64,000 bases of DNA from Herpetosiphon geysericola (GTDB taxonomy: Bacteria; Chloroflexota; Chloroflexia; Chloroflexales; Herpetosiphonaceae): contig NZ_LGKP01000040.1 in NCBI RefSeq assembly GCF_001306135.1, positions 88,726 to 152,725 on the forward strand. The letters run 5' to 3'. Positions within the stretch are counted from its first letter, which is position 1, and the number at the start of each line of letters is the position of its first letter. Positions 19,096-29,017 of the stretch are shown in pieces. A model generated the notes under the pieces. The model had not been told where the DNA came from. It was given only the letters and a program-made list of their open reading frames with translations, and made no database searches. Position numbers and translations under genes: made by a program.

Positions 19096-19135
19096 TTCAA
19101 GCCAAGTGCAGCCAATAGGCAAAAGGATAGTCATC

Positions 19136-19606
19136 GTGCCACGAAAGCAGCGATCCTCGAAAACAATAACCCGCGTGACGATTAAGCCACCATCAACGCC
19201 TGGACAGATCACCATATCACCAGGTCGCACCCCGATTAATACCGAAGATTCAAAACCTGTAGCATCGAAGTCTGTACCACAAGTGTCCGCACCGCTTACC
19301 GAGGAACAGGCTATTTATCGAAGAATAAAACTTGATTTTCTCGGGATGATTGAGAAATGCAGCCACGTTGTTTTTACTACATTACCCTACCTTCTTGCCA
19401 TGCTTGCAGGTCATTTCGCGAATGAATTTTATGGCTTTCTTGCAGAAGGAGCCCTTGAAAAATTATCAGAATTTCGGAATTATGGTAACATGGTGGAAGG
19501 CGGATTATTACTAATCGGTGGGGCAGGTATCGTTATTCATAATATTTTTGACTTGTTGACGCAAGCAAAAGCCGATTATGATATCTTCAAAAAAGGTGGG
19601 AAATGA
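19136..19606 (+). CDS. hypothetical protein (start uncertain; GTG at 19136)
   Basis: In-frame ORF downstream of the previous gene; aaggatag RBS before GTG. Lower-GC patch. Confidence 0.35.
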   Translation: MPRKQRSSKTITRVTIKPPSTPGQITISPGRTPINTEDSKPVASKSVPQVSAPLTEEQAIYRRIKLDFLGMIEKCSHVVFTTLPYLLAMLAGHFANEFYGFLAEGALEKLSEFRNYGNMVEGGLLLIGGAGIVIHNIFDLLTQAKADYDIFKKGGK

Positions 19607-19607
19607 T

Positions 19608-20267
19608 ATGAAGCGCTTTCTTCCGATCACTTGGCGAACGCGCAAAACATTCCTTCGGACTATGGCATATACCTTCGGAACGCTTTTCGCATCATGGGCA
19701 ACATTTATTTTTACTGGCTTGTTATTGATTCGCTACACAACGTTTACCACAAGCCATAGCTTCCTTATCAGCCTTATCTTGGGTATCATTGTTATGGTGC
19801 TTGGTCAGATCAATCGAGTCTACCCATTCACCTATGTGGTTACTGTGTTTAGCTCGGTAGCGGACAAGCTCAAGAAGAATCGGGTAATGCTGGACGAAAC
19901 AGAAGGTCGTATTCTTCGATTGTATGCACGCATAGAAGAAACCGAAAAACTAGCGTTCGACCATCTTTCAACGAAGTCTATACGTCCAAGCTATGCTTCT
20001 CGCAGTAATCCAAAAGCATTCAAAAAAGGTGTTCAGTCCAGTCTTGAACGAACACAAGGATATAAGGCTGAATTAGACGATTTTTTGAAAACTCTTGATC
20101 GTATGCGTAATGACTTAAGCACGCATGAAGCATTTGTGGCGAATATTGATTCTTTTCTAGAACACCCTACTACTCCTATCCCAAATGTATCTGATGTTTC
20201 ACTACAAATCCAAAAACAGGTTAGTATTATTCAAAAAGAACTTGATAGCCACTTCGCATTCGCCTGA
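19608..20267 (+). CDS. membrane protein with 2 TM helices and a C-terminal coiled-coil domain
   Basis: RBS aaaaggtggg before ATG 19608. Hydrophobic N-terminal helices, then a charged coiled-coil-like C-terminus. Lower G+C than the surrounding phage DNA. Confidence 0.45.
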   Translation: MKRFLPITWRTRKTFLRTMAYTFGTLFASWATFIFTGLLLIRYTTFTTSHSFLISLILGIIVMVLGQINRVYPFTYVVTVFSSVADKLKKNRVMLDETEGRILRLYARIEETEKLAFDHLSTKSIRPSYASRSNPKAFKKGVQSSLERTQGYKAELDDFLKTLDRMRNDLSTHEAFVANIDSFLEHPTTPIPNVSDVSLQIQKQVSIIQKELDSHFAFA

Positions 20268-20290
20268 TCAATGGTAGAACCACAATCAAA

Positions 20291-20316
20291 GCCACCCCAG
20301 TTGGGGTGGCTTTTTT
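20291..20316 (+). terminator. rho-independent terminator
   Basis: gccacccc-agtt-ggggtggc followed by TTTTTT. Confidence 0.65.
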
Positions 20317-20584
20317 GTATCCAACTATCCATGATCGCATGCTCTCACTGGCACATCTGTGTGTTAATGTGGGATATGTGGGATAACTCTGTATCTATTT
20401 GTTGACAATAAGCACGGGTGTGCTATACTCACCGCAGGCAACAGGGGTCGCACAGACCAATTTAACCTGTTGCCTTTTTGATCTCTTCTGTGCGTCCTCT
20501 GCTGCGGTTGCTCCTTACTCCTTGGGCGGTTGGTTGGTTATCGGGGCACATTGAACCTGCCCCGATTCATCCTGAAAGCGCAGT

Positions 20585-20902
20585 ATGACTGAAATCGAAT
20601 CCCTCTTTAAATTATTCGGGACACCTGGGGCCATCCTTGGCGGCATTATCTACGTCGCCAAACTGTTTGCGCCCATGGTGCAAAAGTACCTCAATAACAA
20701 CGAGGTCACCCTGAAAAGCATTGCCACCTCTTTGTCTGAGAGTGTTGTTTGGCAACGGATGGCAGATCTTCGCTTGGAGCGCCTCGAGCAGCAAGGTGAG
20801 GAAAATACCAACGTTCTGATGCGGTTGGCCAATGCCAATGGCGTGGCGCATCCTCGTCCGACCAAACCCAAAAGACTGGTGGGAACCAATGAAGACCGCT
20901 GA
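20585..20902 (+). CDS. holin-like small membrane protein
   Basis: One N-terminal TM (AILGGIIYVAKLFAPMV); positioned just before the endolysin. Confidence 0.35.
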   Translation: MTEIESLFKLFGTPGAILGGIIYVAKLFAPMVQKYLNNNEVTLKSIATSLSESVVWQRMADLRLERLEQQGEENTNVLMRLANANGVAHPRPTKPKRLVGTNEDR

Positions 20903-20985
20903 TAAGGCCAAGCTTGCGCTTGGATTTTTGTTATTGATTGCGATCTGCATGTTGATCGTGGTCTACACCATGAGCTGAGGTTGGT

Positions 20986-21699
20986 ATGGCTCTCGTGATT
21001 CAAGATTTCCGCGCATCCTTGCCCCGCGCTACCTGGTCAATTGGGACGCGCATTGGCAAACCATGGTATGTGACGTTGCACTACAACGGGCCAATGGTCA
21101 AAAACCGCACACCAGCTGGTGAACGCGCGCAGTTGATTTTTGATGCCGAGTATCACATGGGGCCATACCTGAATGCTGACGGTCTTCAATATCACGGCGC
21201 TGGCTTGAGTGATGGTGCTGTTTTGCAATGTCGATCGTGGGATGACATCCTGTGGCACTGTGGTCATCGGCTTGGCAATGCCCAGTCACTTGCCTATCAC
21301 CTGCCACTTGGTGGCAACCAAGACGCAACAGATGCCCAATGGACAAGCGCGATTGCCTTCTTTGAATGGTCAATGGCGATGTGGGGCATTCCGCGCAGCA
21401 ATGTACGCGGCCATTGGGAATGGAATGGCAGCGCTTGCCCAGGCCCACACTTGAAACGTCGCTTGTTAGCGTGGCGCAATAACCGGCTCGGTCGCTATGA
21501 AGTTATTACGAGTGATGGGGCTAATGTTCGCCAAGCACCCACGACTGCCGCCAAAATCGCCGTGGTCTATCCACGCGGTCATCAATTCGATGTTGATTCT
21601 ATTACGCGGGGTCAAACCATCGCTGGCCAAAATGAATGGCTACATAGTGCCGATGGTCGTGGCTTCGTTCATCCTACAACCGTGCGAAAGGTAACCTAG
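20986..21699 (+). CDS. endolysin: N-acetylmuramoyl-L-alanine amidase (amidase_2/PGRP) with a C-terminal SH3-like binding domain
   Basis: TLHYNG, HCGH and HWEWNGSACPG are PGRP-type zinc-amidase signatures. C-terminal YEVITSDGANVRQAPTTAAKIAVVYPRGHQFDV is an SH3b-like segment. Confidence 0.75.
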   Translation: MALVIQDFRASLPRATWSIGTRIGKPWYVTLHYNGPMVKNRTPAGERAQLIFDAEYHMGPYLNADGLQYHGAGLSDGAVLQCRSWDDILWHCGHRLGNAQSLAYHLPLGGNQDATDAQWTSAIAFFEWSMAMWGIPRSNVRGHWEWNGSACPGPHLKRRLLAWRNNRLGRYEVITSDGANVRQAPTTAAKIAVVYPRGHQFDVDSITRGQTIAGQNEWLHSADGRGFVHPTTVRKVT

Positions 21700-21701
21700 C
21701 T

Positions 21702-22031
21702 ATGAGTATTGTTCAACTTGCTGGTGTGTTGGCGTTGGTCGTGGTGATTGTGGTGGCGGTGGCGTTAGTCAATGCGTTTGCCCCAAAGGCTGCCGAGGCT
21801 TTCAAGGGTTGGGCTGATGCGCATTTGGGTGCTGAACAGCGTGAGGCGATTTATGGTGCGGTCAAGGCTGGCCTTCGGGCTGCCGAGCAGCATGGTTTTC
21901 GTGCTGATGAGTTGTTTGCTAAGGCGGCCAAAGTGGCCAGTGAGTATCTCAAGACCTATGGCCTTCCAATCAGCGAAGAGCTGTTGAGTGAATTGGTGCG
22001 AGCTGAAAAGCAGAAGAAATTAACTGAGTGA
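21702..22031 (+). CDS. lysis-associated membrane protein (holin/spanin-like)
   Basis: N-terminal TM LAGVLALVVVIVVAVALV and a basic C-terminus; follows the endolysin. Confidence 0.35.
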   Translation: MSIVQLAGVLALVVVIVVAVALVNAFAPKAAEAFKGWADAHLGAEQREAIYGAVKAGLRAAEQHGFRADELFAKAAKVASEYLKTYGLPISEELLSELVRAEKQKKLTE

Positions 22032-22144
22032 TTTGGATTGCGCTCGTCTACATGGGCTTTGTCTACGTTTGGTTTATCGGTGCGTGTCTTGACCTCAGTG
22101 GTGATTTTTGATTGTTTTGATTTCTTGATGGCTTTTTTTCAAAC

Positions 22145-22546
22145 GTGCAAGGGTGGCAGGGTATGGCAGCAACACGTGGTGGTCGTCGCCCAGGGGCAGG
22201 CCGCAAAACAAAAACAGAGAAATATGCACGTCCGATCAATAAGGCTGAAAAGCAAATTGTTGATCACCTGCCACAACTCATCACCAATATGTTGACGCTG
22301 GCCAGCGGGGTCACGGTCGAAGAGGTTGATATCACCGATGGCACCGTGCTGGTGTACAAGAAGCCCCCCGATCGCAAGGCCAATGAATATCTCATTGATC
22401 GAATCCTTGGCAAGCCTACGGTGCATGTGGAGGACAACACCGAGCACGAGCGACGGCTCCCACCTGACCTTGATGCCATGATTGACCAGGTGTATGGAGC
22501 TGGCGATGGTGATACCACCGAAGGCGAGTCACAAACGGTTTGTTGA
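22145..22546 (+). CDS. putative terminase small subunit / DNA-binding protein
   Basis: Basic RGGRRPGAGRKTK N-terminus; directly upstream of TerL. Confidence 0.45.
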   Translation: MQGWQGMAATRGGRRPGAGRKTKTEKYARPINKAEKQIVDHLPQLITNMLTLASGVTVEEVDITDGTVLVYKKPPDRKANEYLIDRILGKPTVHVEDNTEHERRLPPDLDAMIDQVYGAGDGDTTEGESQTVC

Positions 22547-23888
22547 AGCAGCAAAGTGCGCGGGTGTGCCGCGTGATCAACTCACCAACTTCTTACGCCT
22601 TGGCTGCATTATGCAGCCCCGCCAGCTTGCTGCCAGCGCTGCGGCTCGACGCTGTGATGCGCCTGATGGCCCAACCGAGCTTGGCTATGGTGGCGCACGG
22701 GGTGGTGGCAAAAGTCACTGGTTGCTTGGCCAATTAGCAGAAGACTGTTTACGGTACCCGGGACTCAAGTGTCTGTTGTTACGCAAGGTCGGGAAAGCCC
22801 TTGCTGAAGCATTCTTCGATTTACTGCCCAAGGTCATGGGTGGCATTCATGGGCAATACACCTATGTACCGTCCAACAGCACCCTGACCTTTGCCAACGG
22901 GTCGCGCATCATTATTGGCCACTTCCAAAAGGAAAGCGATATTGATGCCTACCTTGGGCTTGAGTATGACGTGATTGGCGTTGAAGAAGCCACCACGTTG
23001 ACCGCCCAAAAGTATGTTGATATTCGCACCTGCTGCCGCTCCAGTAAACCCAATTGGCGGCCACGGACATACTCAACAACGAATCCGGGCAACATCGGGC
23101 ACGCGTGGTACAAGGAACGATTCATTACCAATCGGGATGCAGATCGCGTTTTTATTCCGGCCACGGCTGATGATAATGCCTTCAATAATCCTGAGTATCG
23201 CGCAATCTTGGACAGTCTTACGGGGTGGCGGTTACGGGCATGGCGCTATGGCGATTGGGATATTGCCGCTGGCCAATTCTTTACCAACTTTCGCCGTGAG
23301 CTGCACGTTATCAAACCGTTTGTTATCCCTGATGACTGGACGGTCTGGGGTGCAATGGACTATGGGTTTCATCACTACACCATGGCCTACCTACTTGCCG
23401 AAGATGGCGATGGCAACATCTATCACGTTGCTGAGCATGGGGAGCGTGGGTGGTTGATTCCCGACAATGCTGCCAGTATCAATGCCATGTTCGAACGGCA
23501 TGGGGTGACTGCAAATCGGTTGAAAACGTTTGTTGCTGGGACGGATGTGTTTGCCAAGAAAGAAGATGGCATCACCATCGCTGACAAATATCGCGCTCAT
23601 AGCATTGTGCTGAAGCCAGCAACAACCAATCGGATCAATGGCGCAGCGGAGTATCTGGCACGACTAGGCAACCCTGATGCAGGCCGAGCACCACGCATGT
23701 TTATGTTCGATACCTGCACACGATTGATTAACTGTATTCCATCGCTGCAAGTTGATCCCAATCGCCCAGAGGATGTGCGCAAGGTCAATGTTGATGATGA
23801 TGGCCGGGGTGGTGATGACCCGTATGACGCATCACGGTACGGAATTATGGCGGCCACAACGGCCAACTTAATGTGGAGCTTCGGCTAA
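22482..23888 (+). CDS. terL: terminase large subunit
   Basis: Walker A GYGGARGGGKSHW, ATPase domain, and a C-terminal RNaseH-like nuclease region (DYGFHHYTMAYLLAEDGDGNIYHVAEH). Start may be internal (for example 22611). Confidence 0.85.
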   Translation: MTRCMELAMVIPPKASHKRFVEAAKCAGVPRDQLTNFLRLGCIMQPRQLAASAAARRCDAPDGPTELGYGGARGGGKSHWLLGQLAEDCLRYPGLKCLLLRKVGKALAEAFFDLLPKVMGGIHGQYTYVPSNSTLTFANGSRIIIGHFQKESDIDAYLGLEYDVIGVEEATTLTAQKYVDIRTCCRSSKPNWRPRTYSTTNPGNIGHAWYKERFITNRDADRVFIPATADDNAFNNPEYRAILDSLTGWRLRAWRYGDWDIAAGQFFTNFRRELHVIKPFVIPDDWTVWGAMDYGFHHYTMAYLLAEDGDGNIYHVAEHGERGWLIPDNAASINAMFERHGVTANRLKTFVAGTDVFAKKEDGITIADKYRAHSIVLKPATTNRINGAAEYLARLGNPDAGRAPRMFMFDTCTRLINCIPSLQVDPNRPEDVRKVNVDDDGRGGDDPYDASRYGIMAATTANLMWSFG

Positions 23889-25921
23889 TGGGATTACTAG
23901 ACCAACTGCGCAACTTACTTGGCATCAAGGCTACACCAGCCGTGGGGGAGTTTTACCCCATGGAGCGGAGCAGTGGCGGTGGCATGATCCCAACCTATCC
24001 CATGACCTTCCCAGGCTGGACGGATATGGGCGCGGATGGTGCGAATCCGCCCAAGCTTACGCCGGAGGCCCGTGCTCGGCTGGCCATGCAATCAGCCTGG
24101 GTGTTTAGCAATGTGCAAGTGATTGCGCAGGAATTGACCACCGCAACGCTGCGGGTTAGTGAAGCGTTGAGCAATACCGAAGAGCCACAACAGGTCATCA
24201 ATCATGCGTTCGAGTTGCTGTGGAATACTCCCAATCCGTTCTTTAGCCGATCGCTCTTGATGCAAGTTTGGGCATGGTTTCTGTGCCTCAAAGGTGAAGC
24301 CTATCTTTACTTTGCGCCCGATGCCAGCAATGGCGATCTGATTGAAATCTGGCCCTTGCCAGCGTGGGCATGCCGTCCCGTGCCACACCCAACCAACTTC
24401 ATCGAAAAATATGCCTTGCAACTGCGACCAGATGCCAAGCCCATCTACATTGATGCGGCCTACATCTGTTATAGCCGGCTGCCCAATCCGTTTGATCTGC
24501 GCCGTGGCTTATCCCCACTCGAAGCAGCCAGCTTGGCCCTGCAAACCGACGATGCGCAGAAGCGATGGAATTGGCGGTTTTTTGACAAAGAAAATGCCAT
24601 GCCAACCAACGTCGTGAGCTTGCCACAGGAGACCAGCAACACCGACTTTGAACGCTTCCGTGCTGAGTTGTTCGACTTCTATGGGTCAGGCCAACGGCGC
24701 ACGATGGTGGCGCGGGGTGGGCAGATTGATTTCAAGGCCTTAGCGGTGAGCCAGCGGGAAATGGATTTCATCACTTCACGCAGCTTTACCCGTGATGAGA
24801 TTGACCGTGCGTTTGGCTTTCCCGGTGGCTACTGGACAGCCAACGCCACTGAGGCTAACCAACGCGGTGCGAAGGCCGTGGTCATTGAAAACGCGGTCTG
24901 GCCCAAGGCTGTGCTGCTGGCTGAAGACTTGACCACGCAGATTGTGCGCTTGTGGTATGGGCCAACGTATCGCGCCAGCTTCGATGATATCCGGCCACGC
25001 AATATTGAGTTGGATATTCGCGAGCGCCAAGCAAACGAAAGCACATGGACAGTCAACGAACTGCGCGAAGCCCAAGGTAAAGCGCCGCTCGACGACAACC
25101 CACTATGGGACACCGTGCCTGCGAAGGTCGCCTTGCAAAGCTATACCGTGAAGTCTGCCGAGCCTGCTGAACCTGAAGAGCAAGCCGAGCCAGTAGCACG
25201 AGAAGACAGCCTTGAGGATACCGATGAGGTTGAAGACCAGCAGGAGCCAGAGGAAGCCAAGGCCTATAAGAGCCGCTTGCTGCCCTATGAAGAGGCCTTA
25301 GCCAAGGCGTTGCACCCGTTGTTTGGCGCAATGACCAAGCAGATCGTCACGGCGATCACGGCAGGCGAAACCATGAACTGGGATCTGCTGTCGCTCCAAC
25401 TGGGCACTGCGATGCATCCCGAATTGGTAAAGCATGCTATCTCAGGAATTATGGCGCTCACCGAGGAATTTGGCATTGCCATTGACCTACCCCAGGTCAC
25501 GATCGGGCTGAATGCATGGGCTGATTCTGAAGTGCCGCAATTACTCGAGCGGATTCTCAAGCCAGCCAAAGACTTGGTAGAGCAAGTGACGCGGCGCTAT
25601 CAGGTCACGCCGGGCATGACCCGTGGGCAACTTGAAACGGCCTTGAGCAGCTTAGCAGCACCTTATCGGGTTGAAATGGTAACCGTGAACGCAATCACGA
25701 AATCAGCATCACGGGCCACGCTGGAGTATCAATCGATCTTGGCTGGCTTTGAAATCAAGACCAAGCGCATTTGGCGCACGAGCAATGATGACAAGGTATG
25801 CAGAGTTTGCAGCCCGATGAACGGTAAGCCGGAAGAAGACTGGAAGGATCGCTTTCCTGCTGGCCCAGGCGCACACGACTTCTGCCGTTGCTTCACGACG
25901 CTGAAGGTGGTGCAGGAATGA
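23873..25921 (+). CDS. portal protein fused to a C-terminal Mu-F/SPP1-gp7-like head-morphogenesis domain
   Basis: HK97-type portal blocks (LSPLEAASLALQTDDAQKRWNWRFF...ISQREMDFITSRSFTRDEIDRAFGFP). Acidic linker, then VCRVCSP...HDFCRC, characteristic of Mu-F-like domains. Confidence 0.7.
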   Translation: MELRLMGLLDQLRNLLGIKATPAVGEFYPMERSSGGGMIPTYPMTFPGWTDMGADGANPPKLTPEARARLAMQSAWVFSNVQVIAQELTTATLRVSEALSNTEEPQQVINHAFELLWNTPNPFFSRSLLMQVWAWFLCLKGEAYLYFAPDASNGDLIEIWPLPAWACRPVPHPTNFIEKYALQLRPDAKPIYIDAAYICYSRLPNPFDLRRGLSPLEAASLALQTDDAQKRWNWRFFDKENAMPTNVVSLPQETSNTDFERFRAELFDFYGSGQRRTMVARGGQIDFKALAVSQREMDFITSRSFTRDEIDRAFGFPGGYWTANATEANQRGAKAVVIENAVWPKAVLLAEDLTTQIVRLWYGPTYRASFDDIRPRNIELDIRERQANESTWTVNELREAQGKAPLDDNPLWDTVPAKVALQSYTVKSAEPAEPEEQAEPVAREDSLEDTDEVEDQQEPEEAKAYKSRLLPYEEALAKALHPLFGAMTKQIVTAITAGETMNWDLLSLQLGTAMHPELVKHAISGIMALTEEFGIAIDLPQVTIGLNAWADSEVPQLLERILKPAKDLVEQVTRRYQVTPGMTRGQLETALSSLAAPYRVEMVTVNAITKSASRATLEYQSILAGFEIKTKRIWRTSNDDKVCRVCSPMNGKPEEDWKDRFPAGPGAHDFCRCFTTLKVVQE

Positions 25922-26364
25922 GCTATACGATCAATTGCAATGCGAACGATGTAGCCCAGTGGCTGCGCAGCGACATTACACCAGCCTTCCAAGCCATTGG
26001 CTTGGGCGTGACTGAGGCCATTCGCAATGAGATTAGCCCCTATCCGGCACAGCCCGCAAAGCCCGTTGATCACTGGTATGAGCGCGGCTATGGGCAGCGA
26101 TGGAAGCGCAAAGACGGCTCAATCGGTGGGCGCAAAACATCGCAGACATTAGGGCGGCGATGGATGATTGCGAGCCGTGGGCGCATGGTCATGGTGCTCA
26201 TGAACACCAGCACCTACTCACCGTTTGTGCATCGGGCTGAAGACCAGACGGCGGCTCATGCCAATACGGGCTGGGTTACGGATACCGAAGCAATCAGCCG
26301 CGTGGTTGATTCGCCCTTGATTGATGGCCTTGTGGGCACGGCCTTAGGAACGATTTTACGCTAG
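25918..26364 (+). CDS. hypothetical head-associated protein
   Basis: ORF between portal and capsid; start taken at MSYTINC. Confidence 0.35.
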   Translation: MSYTINCNANDVAQWLRSDITPAFQAIGLGVTEAIRNEISPYPAQPAKPVDHWYERGYGQRWKRKDGSIGGRKTSQTLGRRWMIASRGRMVMVLMNTSTYSPFVHRAEDQTAAHANTGWVTDTEAISRVVDSPLIDGLVGTALGTILR

Positions 26365-26373
26365 GAGTAGCCA

Positions 26374-28500
26374 ATGGCTTTAGCCCTTGATCAACAAGTA
26401 GAAGCAGTGCGGAGTGCCTTGTGGCGTTGCCGCGTTGCACTGCGCCCAAGCCGTGATGACGATTATGACGGTCGCATCTTCAGCATTGAAGCCGTGTATG
26501 CCACGCATGCGGTGATTCGATTGGGTAACACGTTCTACGAAATCGACTACACCGTTGATGCTGACTGTGTGACCTTAGCCGAGCGTGCCCAGTGGCGCGC
26601 TGTGGAGCTGACGTGGACACCAAGCCTTGAAGTGAAGTCACTCGGTGATGGTCGCGTGGGAGCCTACCTCGTGTTGTTTGGCTCAGCTGAGCAGCACGAC
26701 TTGAGCGATGCTCGTGATTATTTCACCAAGTCTACCGACTTCTGGCTTGATCGATGGCCCACGATTCCCATGCTCTATGACCACACCCTTGGCCTACCCG
26801 CTGATTTTGAGCCAGTGGTTGGAGCATGGACAACCAAAACGATCGATAGCATCGGCGTTTGGGCTGAAGGTGAGCTTGAGAAAGCCCACAAATACAAGGC
26901 CATGATTCAGCGATTGATTGATGAGGGCAAACTCAAAACGTCCTCGGATAGTGCACCGCATCTGGTTCGCCGGAAACGTGCTGCCAAGAATACTCATGAA
27001 GTTGTTCGCTGGCCCTTGCTTGCAGGATCGTTGACCACAACGCCTGCTGAGCCACGGCTGCTGCCGGTTGCCACCATCAAGAGCGCCTACAAAGCGCTTG
27101 GCCTACCCGAACCATTAAAGGAGACTACCCCGATGACCCTACAAGAATTACTCGCTGCGGCCAAAACGGCAATCGCGAAAGGCGATCTTGACGAGGCTGC
27201 GCAACTGACCGCCCAAGCCGAAGCGTTGGAAAAAGTTCAAGCCTTGGAAGTGAAGAGCGCTGGCAACGTGCCTGCTGCTCAGCCAGTTCGGCCACCCTTC
27301 GCTGGTGATCAGCCAACAGGTGATGAGCCAGCTGAATTAAGTGCCAGCGTGAAAATGTTCGCCATCAAGCGCTTTGGCGAAATTGATAGCGCCTGCAAGC
27401 AAGTTTCACGCGAGTTATACGGCCAAGACTATGAACAAATCGCCTACGACAAAAATCGCGACTTCCGACGCTATATCAAAACAGGCCAATGCGATGCCAA
27501 GCTCTCACGCACGCTGTTGTTGACCCCTGCCCAAATCGCTGAAGGTGCCGAAGACTATACGGTATCTGAAGTCAAAGCCACGATGGTAGAAGCCTCGGAT
27601 GAACTGGGCGGCTACTTAGTCCCTGAAGACCGTCGCCAAGAAATGATTGAGCGCTTGCCTGGTATGACGGCAATTCGGCCAAAAGCCACGGTGATTAATA
27701 CCGTGCGTGATCGGGTGACCGCAATTCGCCCAACGGGTGGCAATACCCGCTATAAGGGCGCAACCCGCGTGAAGTGGGTCAATGAAAAACCAACTGCTGG
27801 CACTGCTCAAAGCAACATGACCTTTGAAGAAATTGGCATTCCCATTCACACCGTGATGGTCGAAGTCTTCTTGAGCCGCAACCTCTTGGAAGATGCCGGA
27901 GCCAATTTAACTGAGATGTTGATGAGCGAAATCACCACCGCCAACGCGCTCGATGAAGATGAGCAATTCTTGACTGGGAATGGCGTGGGCAAGCCTCGCG
28001 GGATTTTGAATGGCACGGGTGCGAATGGTGCACCATTCGATAGCGATATTGCCATCGTCAATAGTGGCAATGCAACCGTGCTCACCGCTGATGGCTTGGT
28101 CAATGTGCCATTTCAAATTGCCGCCCAATATCGCCAATCGGGCTGTAGCTGGATTTTCAACCGTTTAACCTTGAAAGATATTGCCTTGTTGAAGGATAGC
28201 CAAAACCGTTACCTCTTCACCGATAACAATAACCAACTTGCCAGTTCCCACGGCAGCAAGCTGCTCGGCTATGACTATGACGAAGTGGAAGTCATGCCCA
28301 GCATTGCCGCCAACAAATACCCTGTCTTGTTTGGCAATTGGAAGGGTTACACCATCGCTGATCGCATCGGCTTAGCCATTGAACGCTACTTGGATAGCTC
28401 AACCGCCCGCGAAAACACTGTACTGTTTATTGCCCGCCGCCGCTTGGGTGGTGATGTGACCGCTGGCTGGCAAATCGCTGCGCAAAAAGTCGCTGCCTAA
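26374..28500 (+). CDS. HK97-fold major capsid protein with a long N-terminal extension (candidate protease/scaffold delta domain)
   Basis: C-terminal half has capsid blocks (LTGNGVGKPRGILNG, NVPFQIAAQYRQSG, FGNWKGYTIADR). The 708-aa length and coiled-coil middle suggest a fusion. Confidence 0.7.
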   Translation: MALALDQQVEAVRSALWRCRVALRPSRDDDYDGRIFSIEAVYATHAVIRLGNTFYEIDYTVDADCVTLAERAQWRAVELTWTPSLEVKSLGDGRVGAYLVLFGSAEQHDLSDARDYFTKSTDFWLDRWPTIPMLYDHTLGLPADFEPVVGAWTTKTIDSIGVWAEGELEKAHKYKAMIQRLIDEGKLKTSSDSAPHLVRRKRAAKNTHEVVRWPLLAGSLTTTPAEPRLLPVATIKSAYKALGLPEPLKETTPMTLQELLAAAKTAIAKGDLDEAAQLTAQAEALEKVQALEVKSAGNVPAAQPVRPPFAGDQPTGDEPAELSASVKMFAIKRFGEIDSACKQVSRELYGQDYEQIAYDKNRDFRRYIKTGQCDAKLSRTLLLTPAQIAEGAEDYTVSEVKATMVEASDELGGYLVPEDRRQEMIERLPGMTAIRPKATVINTVRDRVTAIRPTGGNTRYKGATRVKWVNEKPTAGTAQSNMTFEEIGIPIHTVMVEVFLSRNLLEDAGANLTEMLMSEITTANALDEDEQFLTGNGVGKPRGILNGTGANGAPFDSDIAIVNSGNATVLTADGLVNVPFQIAAQYRQSGCSWIFNRLTLKDIALLKDSQNRYLFTDNNNQLASSHGSKLLGYDYDEVEVMPSIAANKYPVLFGNWKGYTIADRIGLAIERYLDSSTARENTVLFIARRRLGGDVTAGWQIAAQKVAA

Positions 28501-28561
28501 TTAATGTTGTTGCATGGGCCTAGACTTCACTAGGCCCATCCTGAAATAAAGGAATGCACCC

Positions 28562-29002
28562 ATGCTTCATAACCTAACCCAAGATGTTCGCATCGATCAA
28601 GCCTTACCACCTGCTAGCCGTGCTGCTGGCACCGTCACCAGCACCTACCTCAGTATGGATGGTCACGAGATGGTTACCGCATTGTTGAGTGTTGGGGCCA
28701 TCACAGCCTCTGGCACCATTGACATGAAACTGGTTCAGGCCACTGATACCAGTGGCACTGGCTCGAAGGATATTGCTGGCGCATCACTGGTACAAATCGC
28801 TGATACGGGTGGGGCCAAGATGTATGCAATTGATTTCCGCGGTGACTTGCTCGACCACACCAATGGCTTCACCTGCGTGGCGGTGGTGCTGACCACGGCA
28901 GCAGCGGCCAACGTGAGTAGCGTTACCTTCTTGCGCTATCGGGGTCGCCGTGGCAGTAATGCCAGTGGCTTGACCCAACGTGTGCTCAAAGTTACCCAAT
29001 AA
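28562..29002 (+). CDS. hypothetical head/connector protein
   Basis: Position after the capsid gene. Confidence 0.35.
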   Translation: MLHNLTQDVRIDQALPPASRAAGTVTSTYLSMDGHEMVTALLSVGAITASGTIDMKLVQATDTSGTGSKDIAGASLVQIADTGGAKMYAIDFRGDLLDHTNGFTCVAVVLTTAAAANVSSVTFLRYRGRRGSNASGLTQRVLKVTQ

Positions 29003-29017
29003 GCTGAGGTACTGGTC

